Origin: Octopus sinensis
Lineage: Eukaryota
Reading direction: 5' to 3'
DNA: 64,000 nt
Assembly: GCF_006345805.1 (NCBI RefSeq)
Contig: NC_043021.1
Coordinates: 13,082,001-13,146,000, forward strand
The notes under the pieces were generated by a model. The model saw nothing but the letters and a program-made list of their open reading frames with translations, was not told the DNA's origin and ran no database searches. This document shows, in pieces, positions 51,591 to 63,914 of the stretch. Position 1 is the stretch's first letter; each line of letters starts with the position of its first letter. Both the position numbers and the translations under genes were made by a program.

Positions 51591-54379
51591 CAAAAAATAA
51601 ACATTAGTCCAAGATAAACTAAATTTGATAAAAGATGGGATGGTAATATCAGGAACAGTTTTAATTATAGCTCAGCCCAATCAGGGCTTACCTACAACAG
51701 GATCAATCTAAAAATGGCAAATATTACTATATAGGATGGGCATAGGCAGAACACTTTTGAGCAGGGCTGAGCTGGGTCTAAACAACAGCCCTTAAGACCA
51801 GTGGTTGTGAACTGCTTTGGAGCCCAGTGCTCCCATCCTTTCATCAAATGATCCCTACTTATGGTTTACAAAGAAAAGGAAAGAAAAAAAAAACTTTGCC
51901 CAGTGGTTTATTATCCATATATTCTTAAACCCCATTCAGCATATGCCACTACATATTTTCATGGAGTGAAGCTGCTTGTGTTATATTTTCTTTTATGGAA
52001 ATTGCAAAAAGGAAAGGGCTCGCATAACAAAATTATATTGGACCCAAGAGCATCACCAATCGTTTCTGCTCCTTAATCCTGATAAATATTTTAAACAGAT
52101 TTTCAAAAAACTAGTATAAAGTATTGTATTTCTAAACAAAAATCATAACACTTCTAAACACCCTGCACCACTCATGGGGCCTTCGTGCAAGCTCACAAAG
52201 CCCCCAAGAGGGTGCTTTTGCCCAAGTAATGAATTACTGCCTTTGACTAACAGTCAAAAGGATAACACTGCATGGTAGATACTTTATAGAATTAGTGTGG
52301 GTTAGTAAAATTTTAGTTACAAAATCATTTGCAAGTTTGTCCATACGAATCAAATTTTCTTCCCAACAACATGGTTCTGGGTTCAGTTCCACTGTGTAGC
52401 ACCTGGAGCAAGTGTCTTCTACAAAAGCCCCAGGCCAACCAAAGCATGGTGTGGGGTTTTTTGGTAGACTAAAACTGAAAGAAGCCCATTGCACACAAGA
52501 CCCCCTTCAGTCATGAATGACCATGGGATTGTGCCTTGAAAATTACCCTCCAAGGCACAAATCCAGGTAAGGTTGTTTATGGAAGACCAGCGTCACCCAT
52601 TCATACCACTGTTATCCAAGGGAAAAGCAGATACAGCTTGGCACCAGTGACATTGTAACTCATTTCTACAGCTGAGTGAGCTGGAGCAACATGAAAAAGT
52701 GTCTTGCTCAAGAACACAACACACAGCCTGGTCTGGGAATCAAACTCACCACCTCAGGATTGAGCTCGATGCTCTAACTATTGAGCCATGCAAGAGAGGG
52801 TGTCTGTGTTTCTCTACCACTACCATCTGAGAACTGGTGTTGGTTTGTTTATGTCCCCATAACTTAGGTGGTGCCCCAGCATGGCCAGTCGAATGACTTG
52901 AACAAGATAAAAGAAACTAATACATTGGATAATATGTCTAAGGAAAGAAAAGGGCAATGAAAATATTAAACTGAAGATAGAAAAAAATGGAAAATTCAAG
53001 ATTTTTAGATAAGTCTGAATATTCAAAACAAATCTTCAGTTCTAAGAACGGCAAAGAACTAAACAGGCAAATATCTTTACACTTTGTATACAGTGATAAA
53101 GTAATATCGGTTTCAAACTTAGGCACAAGGCCAGCAATTTCGGCAGCTGGAGTAAGTCAATGTAACTGACCCCAGTACTCAACTGGTACTTTATTTTATC
53201 AGTCCTGAAAGGATGAAAAGCAAAGTCGACTTTAGTGGAATTTGAACCCAGAATGTAAAGACAAAATGCCATTAAGCATTTTCCCCGGTGTGCTAACAAT
53301 TCTGCCAACTTGCCACCTTATAACCTATGGATTAATTTCTGCCTCCAATTTTCAGGTTTAATCCAGAAGCAATTTTACCTTCAGAATTTGCTTTACTAAG
53401 AACCATAACACTTCCAGTTTTGTCCACCAATGAAGGCTTGTTTTAACAATGTTTGCCCAAAGCAGAACTTTTATATATTTCTTTTTAAACTAGTTTAGTC
53501 TCTCACAGTTCAAACTACTGTAAATTAGTAGAAAATAAAACATTGTAGACACCTGGAATTGGCATTAACATGACAAATCTGATGCTTTTTCTTTTTTTTT
53601 TTTTTGAAATGAGAAAAAAAACCCACTATAATTTAGACATGTTTGCGAAGTTAACAATATTTCCAGGTGACTGTTTCCTACAAGAAATATAACAGATTTA
53701 ATAATTCAATAACACAAACCATTATATTTCATAAAAGTAGAGTTAGATTTACTTTGACTAACTTTATATAAAAAATTTAAGTGCTGGATTTTCAAATTTT
53801 AATCGATCAGAGAGAAAAGCAGTACTATTTGAATGTCTAAATCTGTGGTCCCTAACCATATTTTTTTTTTTTTACCTATGGATCCCTTTGATTCCTATTT
53901 TACTGAGATGGACCCTCATAGTCATTTGATATTTTTAAAAATCCCATTGTATTCTCATAAATATTAGCATTCAAAAAAAAAAAAAAAAATTATGCACATC
54001 AAAAGTATAACCAGTTTATTACACATCAATTTCAACAAGCTTATATGGAGCCCCAAAGGGTCTAAATAGTTGATGCTGGACCATTCCCAATCTATTAAAA
54101 CATAACATTATATGAAAAGCTATTATCTGGAGAGGCCTGATACAATGGCATCAAATGCTTGAAATAAATAAAACTTAAGTATTTTACTTGTCAGATTCTA
54201 CACGTAAAAATCTTTGGAGAAATTCTTTCAAGTGGATAGATATATTTCAAAAAACAAGATCAAACTTTGAGTAAAGAAATGAGAGATAGACCTTCAAAGA
54301 TATTTTGCACTCAACTATTCCTCTCCCCCACTAGACACACAATTTAGTATTCTTCTTCTTTTTACATTTGGCAAACACA

Positions 54380-54386
54380 CACACAC

Positions 54387-54433
<47 letters not shown>
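54380..54433. repeat. (CA)n/(TA)n microsatellite
   Basis: Long uninterrupted TA run preceded by CA repeats. Confidence 0.95.
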
Positions 54434-54440
<7 letters not shown>

Positions 54441-54744
54441 ATCTCAAATGAAGCCTGATCTTTTAATGTTAATTTCTCTCCCCTTTTCTGAAAGAACAGC
54501 TGACAGCAGACTGATGCAAATTGATACATGTTAAGTAAATATTCAACTCATCCAGCAAACTTGCACCAATAAATAAACGTGAACCAAAATAGAAGTCTTG
54601 GGTTTGGTTTAAATTGCAGTATATGTTTTGGTTAAGTAAATCAAGTTACATATATTGACGACAGATTTCTTATAGCAGAGGGATTTTCCATATGTATTAT
54701 GTATACATATGTTTATGAATTTCTGTTGCAAGATTCATTATTTA

Positions 54745-54793
<49 letters not shown>

Positions 54794-55549
54794 TATACAC
54801 ACACACACTTGTGTGTGTGTGTGTGTAAATCTAACGAAATAGCTAAATGCCTTGCAAGATAAAACGAATATGATTGCAGCAGGGAGAAACTTCTTCAATG
54901 CTACAAAAATATATAGATTACATAAAAAAAAAAAATCTTGGCTTTTAAAACAACTCTGAAGAACTGAGTAATCTATCAAACCAAACTGCTTGATGGAAAA
55001 AAAAATATCCCTGATTTAAAACGATCGAGATTTCAAAACCCTGAAGTTGAACCAGAATTTTCCCCGTGACAGTCTCCCTACAAACACTAAAAATGGATTT
55101 ATTGTTCATACACACTAAATTCTAAAAAGGCGACTACCGCCTGCCTCCTTGATCAGCAGTTTTCCACAACTCGAGAGGAAGTTGGGATACATAAATATTT
55201 CGACTGACCTACAAGACAACATTACGAATTTTAAAAAAATGTGTATTAAAAAAGAGGGTGTGTTCACAAATGACAACCGTTTTTCTTTTTGTTCTTTACT
55301 CGTTAATAAAGATTGCTCCCACCCCGCTTTATGGAAAAATCATAATAGAATGAGCGTTAATTCTTCTTTTTTTTTATGTAATCATCGTAAAAAATTGTAG
55401 AGGGCTGAATAAACTCTTGAATTAACTACGTTTGAAGAAGACAATGAAGATAATTATATACAGCCCCGGAATGTTGTAGTGCACCTGAGCACTGTACACA
55501 ATTATTATTATTATTATTATAACATCTATGGTTGCGTCTGATTTTTAGC

Positions 55550-55581
<32 letters not shown>

Positions 55582-55928
55582 GAAGCGAGAACAATATATC
55601 GCAGTTAAACAATGAGACATTAAAAGCTGAATGTTTCAATGTCGAAGAAAAAAAAACCATGGGATGGTGAGATAGGGTCACCGCTGCTCGCTTCAGATGA
55701 CAGAGACTGTAGAATGAGGTGTGTACACGAGTGAGCGTGTGCGCGTGCCTGTGAAACAGAAAAAGCCATTTCTGCCTGACACTTTGTGACATTCGACAAA
55801 TATAAAAAAAAGTCAACATATTTAGAAATATGTGTGACTAAGAAGAGAGCAAAGATAGATTGTCTCTATACGTACGAATGTGTATATAAATATGTGTGTG
55901 TGTGTCTGTGATATATATATATATATAG

Positions 55929-55979
<51 letters not shown>

Positions 55980-57906
55980 CACACACACACACACAGCCTG
56001 TTACAACTACTGCTCATTTGTATATGAAAGAACTAAACTTTCGAGTTTTTTCTTAAATATAATGAGTTGTAACGAAACGGTTTCAACTGAAACCGAAACC
56101 AGATCATAAGCTACACTCCAGAATATAAGAAACGTTATAACCACACAAACACTACATACATATATCAGTTACTTTTTATTGACTATATATACACATATAT
56201 ATATATATATGTAATTGGCTAACACTGCAAAGTCAGACGTTAGCTAATTCAAAAGCTTGTAGTGCCCTCTATGATTTACAAACCTCTATAAACAGCCTGA
56301 GGCATAGCATCTGAAACAATCAACTACCTTCCGCCAGTCTACCGTAGGTCAACTTTCCAAGAAGACCCGACACCAATTCATTCCCCAGGTAGAGAAATTA
56401 GGGTACGTTGTTTACCCTCAAGGTCGTCAACCTTGATCAATAAGACCTATGATTAATACGAAAAAAAAAAAAAAAAAAAAAAAGAAGCATTCCAGCCGTG
56501 ACCATCCCAACACTTTCCGGACCACATCCAATGTATCCATCCTTCCTCGGGTGTGATTTCAGAGGGATTTTGGCTACTAATTCTAAAAGACAGCAATCAA
56601 TCTGTGAGTGACATCCTCGATAGAATTTGCAGGCATCATTATAGTATCAATTTCTGTGAATAAACGAAAGTGGACGGACCGCCAAGGATACAGATTAACC
56701 TAAAAAAATGCAATGTTTATGCAATCAAGCAGATGTAATCACTTGATATAAAAATCAGACTGGATTTAAACAACAACAACAATAATAATAATAATCGCGC
56801 GCATGCACAACGGCACTAATTTGGACGGAGTTTTCTTCATAGATGTCGAAATGACATCCTTACTTCTGAAGCATATATATGTTGTTACTATGTGCGTGTA
56901 TTCATATATCATCATAATATGTATGCCAAACAGCATTGCATCTTTGAACCAAGGTTTCGTTCAAATGGTTTGTTCAGTGGACTGTGCAAATCGGCGGGCT
57001 AATAAATGACTCATACCAGCTCACATGTGTGTCAGTGTGTACGGAGAATAGATACGTACGTGTGTGTGTGTGTGTGTGTGTGTTAGATGTATGTAATTGA
57101 AGCTTCAGTTTTAGTCTGCTTGTATATATGTATGACTATACGTAAGGGTGGGGGATAGATATGTACGTGTGTGTATATATGTAGAAAATGTAACTGAATC
57201 TTCAGCTTTATTCTGCTTGTATATGTGTATGAATGTGTGTGTGTATGTCGGCGAAGAGGGTTATTTGCCATGGTATTTCATTAAATATCTTACATTTCTG
57301 TCTTAAATATCGAACGACAAAAGAGAAGTGAAAATCAAAGACAGTCTCTGAAGCAACATTGTTAAAACAAAAAACCATTTTATTTGTTCTAGACATTGGA
57401 TTTGATCACGATGGAGACCTCTCCTACCTTCAAAAGGTTATAGCAAATTATATACAGCCCCGGAAAGACCCCCTTGATCCCCATTTTTTAAAATTTACTT
57501 GTCCGGGCTGGAGGAAGGGGCATTGCTCATAGGACTAGGAGGGTCCCTGTACATCCCACCAAGACTGACGATGAGACTGAAGCCATTAAGGTTCCTCTTG
57601 AACCTTTTATAAGTTAATATTTGAGGGAATGCCAAACGACCGGCATTTGGGGAAGGAAGGAAGGAAGGGCAGAGTGCATGGTTGATATTTTATCGTCATA
57701 AGTATGAAAGGCGAAAATTGACCTGGGGTAAGATTTGAGCTTTGAACGTTATGGTACACACGTAGCATCTATTTCGTGTACAAGACTGGAATGAAGACTA
57801 TATCCAGCGGTGGCGGTGGTCGACAATTAGAATCGGCGAAGAAATGGAAGCAAAAATAAAGTAACATCTTAACAGTTGATTCTCGAAAGATCAAGAGCGA
57901 GTGTGT

Positions 57907-57948
<42 letters not shown>

Positions 57949-58826
57949 GAAAGAGAGAGAGAGAGGGCGGCTTCTAATTCTGTGCTTGACTGTATGGGTG
58001 TGTGCGAGAGGAACTGAAGTGGAATCAGTTTTGTATGTATATGTAATATATTAGATTTCATCCCAGTATACACGCACAGTATATATACTCTCTCAATCTC
58101 TATCTAACTATCCATATAGTTTCAGAAGAGCAAATTAAACAGTGATACAATAAAACGGAATATTCCCCTAAAAAGCTGAAGCCCTTCATTGAATATCTGA
58201 CAGTGTTAAATATATATATATATATATAATTATACATATAACACACTGCATAGATGTGTATAACATACACACAGCAATTAAACATTTAGATAGAGATTGA
58301 CTATGCATGTGTTACTGCGCTCAATCAGGTTATATATATATATATATATGACATACACAACTGCTGAAGTTAGGGAGTGACTGATACACACAGATTGTAT
58401 GTATGTGCCAATGAAAGTATACGTAGGAAAGATATGTGTAAACTGCGGTAAAAGAAAAAAAAGCTAGGCAAAATTTAGTAGTTAGCTTAAAAGACGTTCC
58501 TCATACGAGATAAGACGAAGGCGATCTTTAATCCCACACAAAGTACCGCCTTAAATCAATTTCGCTAATTTAAACAATAAAAAAAACCCCCAAAAAATAC
58601 ACAATACAAAAATATATAAATACATAGAATTAAAGATTTAAAATCACGACACAGCATCCGTTCCTTTTTAATTATAAAATTCATTTTAATAGGAAAAGGG
58701 TGAGGCCAGTAATATTTTCGGTTTTTACATCTGGGTTAAAAAAGCTGAGACCAAACCAATGTCTCTTTAAACTGTCAGTGCTTTCTTTAATTGTTTTTCA
58801 AAAATATTTACTGGTTCCCGATCACT

Positions 58827-58865
<39 letters not shown>

Positions 58866-58977
58866 GCAATTAAATAGCAATAAAATTATTTAGTTAATTT
58901 CCATCAAGATTAGATTAGGATTCACAATGGGATGAAAGTAAAATGTTTTACTGAGAAATTTAGACATACACACACAG

Positions 58978-58980
<3 letters not shown>

Positions 58981-59049
<69 letters not shown>
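58981..59049. repeat. (TA)n(TG)n compound microsatellite
   Basis: Directly visible. Confidence 0.95.
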
Positions 59050-59948
59050 AGTGTTATACATACAGTTGAAAGCGAAAAGGGGTTACATTTTGTGTGTGGT
59101 TTTATAGGGATATATATCTAGTTTTACACCAATCGCACACACAGGTTTGTTGAGACTGGTTCATATTTAATAATTTCAATTTAAGAAACATAAAACTGAC
59201 TTTGATAACCAAGTCATGCATCGAAGTATTCTCAAGATTTCTGTTGGAAATATCCAAATATTAAAAATCGAGAAATTTAGCTTTCTACACACACACAATT
59301 ACATATGTATGCAACTGTTTAGTATATATTTAACATTTCCAAGTTAAAGACAACTTCGATTTATATACATACATAAAAGACATTGAAAATAACAGCAAAT
59401 AAGTATTTTAATTGAGAGATTTTTATAAGCGGAGGTCAGGGCTAGGCGAGGCTCTTAAGATTTTTGAAATAAAGACCTCTTTATAAACCGACAAAATTTA
59501 GACACACACAAACACGTATACAAGATCGAATACACGGATATTTATGCACTTTATGTACATATAATCGTCAATATACATCGATGTGGGTATAACAAAAGAA
59601 GCGAGAGGTGAAAAACGAGAGGCAAATAGGCGAGGACGGGCTACTTTAATGTAAAATGTCGGCCATGAGAGCACCGCCTGACTTTGTGTGTGTGCATGTG
59701 TATAGATCAGTGTGTGCGTGTATACGTATGTATGCGTATGTGTGTATAAATCTGTATGTGTGTGTGTGTGTCGTTATTAAATGGTGTAAAATAGAGGCAA
59801 GATTAAACAGACACCAGCTTATTGTTGGTTATTTACTTCTTATTTTTCGATGTCGTTTATGGAAAAGATGTTCAGATACTTACTGTTGAACAAATTTTCG
59901 ATAGAAAATTTTTTTTTTTTCTCTTTTGCGATTTTTCCGTGTACTCAC

Positions 59949-60180
59949 AAGACAGACGGGAGAGAAGGAGTGTGTGTATGTGTGTGCGAGAGAGAGAGAG
60001 TGAGTGAGTGAGCTATATAGACAGACAGATATATATTAAGGAGGGAGTGGCTGGATAGCAATGCGCGTGGATAGAGAGGAAGTGAGAGAGATAGAGTTCC
60101 GCTGTTACAGTGAAGTAGACAGTCGCCCGGTTCTCCTCCGACACAGTTGCCTTCGCTCGGCAGAGGAACGGTGAGAGGCG
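59949..60180 (-). other. Candidate non-coding first exon of Cdc42 (5' boundary approximate)
   Basis: Minus-strand donor TCTT|GTGAGT at 59948-59943 inside a CpG-rich, non-repetitive stretch, directly downstream of NRF1-like and CRE-like motifs. The link to the 5222 acceptor is inferred. Confidence 0.45.
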
Positions 60181-60227
60181 ATGGATGCACATGCGCCGAA
60201 CGTCACTGATGACGTAAGAAGTTATTT

Positions 60228-60263
60228 ATACATATACATATATCTTTATATATATGGTATGTG

Positions 60264-60321
<58 letters not shown>

Positions 60322-60455
60322 ATGTGTATATATATATATATAATATATATATATATATAGAGAGAGAGAGGGGGAAAAGAAGCACACGCACACACAAACA
60401 CACAATTATTTTGCACACACACACATATACACACGTGTGTGTGTGTGTGTGTGCA
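60228..60455. repeat. Complex (TA)n/(GA)n/(CA)n/(GT)n microsatellite block
   Basis: Directly visible; separates the two CpG-rich sub-regions. Confidence 0.9.
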
Positions 60456-60987
60456 AAATAATTTTTATTCAGTCTTCCCTCCTTTCTCTCCCCTTCTTCT
60501 TCCCCCACCCCTGCCTTCTCTCACTGAAGGTTTCGGGTTTCGATTTGTCGGCCGGGCATCCTACTTCGACTTTCCGAATTTCTTTTTTTTTTTTTTTTTA
60601 ACTTTTTTCCCTCCGAAATTTCGGAGTTGGGACTTGTCTAGCAAGTGATTTGATCTGAGTCCGCGCCGCACTGATGTGTTGAATTTGAAAAATCTTTGAA
60701 GAGTCATTTTAGCCAACTAAAAACCACACGAAAATTGTTAAATTCACTTTAAATTCTCCAAGGGTCACAGTATATTTTTCCTGTGTCAGTGACTAAGTCG
60801 CAGTCGGGAGACGAAAACTTTTGACACTTCCAGAAATAAGTTAAAAGTGAATTTAGCATGTTTTTGTGTGTGTGTGTTTTTTTAAATTACTAAAATGGCT
60901 CTTCCACGATGTAATTATTTTCTATTTTGTACTTTGTAACTTTATTTTTACGAGCCGACAAGGAACCCGCTACATTAGTCAATTTTT

Positions 60988-61421
60988 GGCGATCTTTCGT
61001 CTCTAGTAGACCTTTCCGTCGATTTCCGTAAAATTTTTTTTTTTTTTACATATGGGCTTGCGGGAACTTTTGAAGTAATATACATACATATACACATACA
61101 CCGAGTAAAAAATTTCAATTATCTCTTTCTTTCACACATTACTCTGTCTCTTCACACACACTAACAGAAGCACTTCACTTACACAACATACTGTCTGTCT
61201 CCCACACCCCATCAAACACACACACACACGCACGCACACATACATGTCCATCAATGCTCCCATGCACGGTAACTTCAAAAGAACTTCCTCGTCATACAAT
61301 CGCTTTCTCTTAGTCTCTTTCGCTCTCATTACTTCAAAAGTTCCCGCAAGTCCATATGTAAAAAAAAAAGAAGTTTTTTACGGAAATCGACGGAAAGGTC
61401 TACTAGAGACGAAAGATTGCC
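60988..61421. mobile_element. Foldback-type element with ~92-bp terminal inverted repeats
   Basis: 60988-61079 and 61328-61421 are near-identical inverted copies; flanks CAATTTTT (60980-60987) and CAATTTCT (61422-61429) resemble an 8-bp TSD. Confidence 0.65.
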
Positions 61422-62041
61422 CAATTTCTTTATTAACAATGAGGTTGAGAAAAAGAGGGGACGATACGAGGACAGACAAAACAAACATTGGGGTCAGGGT
61501 ATCGAATGAGACGAAACCTATGAACAAAAAAAAAACAATTAAAATATATACAATTAAATGAGAATGAATAATTTAATAAAAAATGAAGCAGAGGACGCGG
61601 TCGATCCCACAAACCACATACACTGAAGACTTTGCTTTGTATGGGCAAACTGCAGCCCGCTTCTCAAAAGAAGTTGCTCATGCCCTCTCTGCGTGATCGC
61701 TCAATACCATAGAAATAGCAGCTAAATCTAATTCGTATCACATCCTACAAGGGGTATCGGCACTCGGAAACAATGACATTTCTGGCAGGCCTCACCTAAA
61801 TTAGTCGGCATGAAAAACCAGGGGAAATTTTGTTCCTCTTCCTACCTGCATCCAGGAGTGACCGCCTCTTCATCCTAACGTCATAAGAAAAAATAGGGAG
61901 GATTAAAATACTTCGAATGATATAAGTACATTATCTATTAGATAAATGAAAAGTGGGATAGTCACGCCTGGAATGCCACTGATTACAGTTTTCGTTTTCT
62001 TTTCGATTTGGATGAGTGAACTACTATAGGTTTTGCCCAAC

Positions 62042-62730
62042 CAATGGTGTGCCAGTTGATTCGAACGAGTGAACATCCTGCTCGTGAAATTAACGTGCAA
62101 GTGACTGAGCACTGCACAGACCTGCGTACCCTTAACATAGTTCTCAGGGAGATTCAGCATAATGCAGAATGGGACAAGGACGGCCCTTTGAAATACAAGT
62201 ACTACCAGTTTTTGCCAGTGGAGTGGACTCTTTACTCTCTTTTTACTCTTTTACTTGTTTCAGTCAGTTGACTGCGGCCATGCTGGAGCACCGCCTTTAG
62301 TCGAGCAACTCGACCCCGGGACTTATTCTTTGTAAGCCCAGTACTTATGCTATCGGTCTCTTTTGCCGAACAGCGAAGTGACGGGGACATAAACACACCA
62401 GCATCGGTTGTCAAGCAATGCTAGGGGGACAAACACAGACACACAAACATACACGCACACATATATATACATATACGATGGGCTTTTTTCAGTTTCCATC
62501 TACCAAATCCACTCACAAGGCTTTGGTCGGCCTGAGACTATAGTAGAAGACACTTGCCCAAGGTGCCACGCAGTGGGACTGAACCCGGAACCATGTGGTT
62601 GGTAAGCAAGCTACTTACCACACAGCCACTCCTGCGACTGAAGCAACATGAAATAAAGTGTAATGCACCTCAAGAATTGAACTCACAACTTTATGATTGT
62701 GAAGCAAATAACCTAACCACTAAGCCAATA
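62042..62730 (-). mobile_element. SINE family D copy interrupted by a family 1 SINE
   Basis: Family D body at 62042-62229 resumes at 62636 (GACTGAAGCAACATGAAATAAAGTG..GAATTGAACTCAC..CCTAACCACTAAGCCA). Confidence 0.8.
62230..62635 (-). mobile_element. tRNA-derived SINE family 1, full-length young copy
   Basis: Near-identical to 24463-24881 with long (AAAAGAGT)n tail. Confidence 0.95.
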
Positions 62731-62884
62731 AACCTGATTATCTTTTTCTCTCTTTCTCTATTTTGTTTCTTTTGATCTTTTGTTTTTATTTTTACTTTTA
62801 CATTTCATGTCATAAGAAACAACAAGACTATTTAACTACTGATAACACAGCTCTTAGATTTCCAAATAACCAGCCAGAGATGAA

Positions 62885-63090
62885 CCTTTTGGCATTTAAA
62901 CTGGCCAGATCCAGCCCAAATGTTCCACCTGTTTTAACTTTATATTGGCCAAATCCTGTACTTACTCCACAATGTCATTCTAAAAATAAACAGTTACATC
63001 ATCGAACTTTTGGAGCTACAAGATAATTCATTCAAAAAAATGTGAATAAATTATCATTGCACTTGATAGAGTAATCTGACTGATAAAGGG
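62885..63090 (+). mobile_element. piggyBac-like MITE family B
   Basis: CCTTTTGGCATTTAAACTGGCC.. to GATAAAGGG-TTAA (63091). Confidence 0.8.
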
Positions 63091-63914
63091 TTAAGTATCA
63101 CCAGTGTCTTTGTTGTTCACTTTGAATAGTGACATTTATGTATAAGAGTGAAACCTGACAGGGCTAAACGAAATAATTTCGCTGCCTTGGTTACTGAAAA
63201 AATATCTCCCTCTTAAGTAAGAGTATTATCGTAAAATGAAGAAAGAGAGCCAGAAACATTATTAAGATTAGAATCTAGTATGTCTAACTTCTGCTAGCTT
63301 AACCTTTTATCTTAGAAATGTTTGATACCATGGCAACTCAGAAAGAGAGAGAGAGAGAGTTTTCTGAATGAAAGCAAAGTTAACATTACATCCAAGTAGT
63401 TTAAGCGAAAGTGAAAGGATCACTTTTTTTTTTTACATGTGGCCATGGTATTTTTTATTAAGACAGGACCAGGAAAATATTAGGCAGGAATGCTGGAGAA
63501 CACTGATTGAAGGACAATATCTTAAAAGACAAAGAGCAATGAAAAGCAGTTTCACTAGCAACTGTTGAGAGTAGAGATGAAGTTGAGTGAAGTTCTAATA
63601 AGTTTCTGGAAGATTCTGTAAATTTAAGGCAAATACTACTGACCTCCATATTGTATCAGTTGTTTTCTCTTGAAGTCCATTTCCTCTAAGGTTGTAAGGG
63701 ACGGTTCTACTTTGTAGAATTCTAAATGGTTTGGTTCTGCTTTGTACAATTCCTAGTGGGTTCAGAAAATTTCTCCCTTCCATACTCATGAACTGAGCTC
63801 CTCTGTCACTATGGACAGCACCAGGAGGTCCAACAAGAAATAGTAGCTACATATCTCTCAAATCTTACTGTATTGTCTTTACAAATAAAAAAAGAGAGAC
63901 AAATATATTATTAA

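Larger units (their letters stand above)
59400..61000. promoter_or_regulatory. CpG-rich promoter-like region
   Basis: CG dinucleotides are visibly abundant compared with the first 54 kb. Contains ACGTCA-CTGA-TGACGT (60200-60215, inverted CRE half-sites), TGCACATGCGC (60186-60196, NRF1-like) and GGAAGTG (about 60078, ETS-like). Confidence 0.55.

Noticed and set aside
61244-61561. 105-aa plus-strand ORF in the CpG-rich region
   Set aside because: Overlaps the foldback element's right arm and poly-A runs (Lys-rich by composition); no homology recognised.
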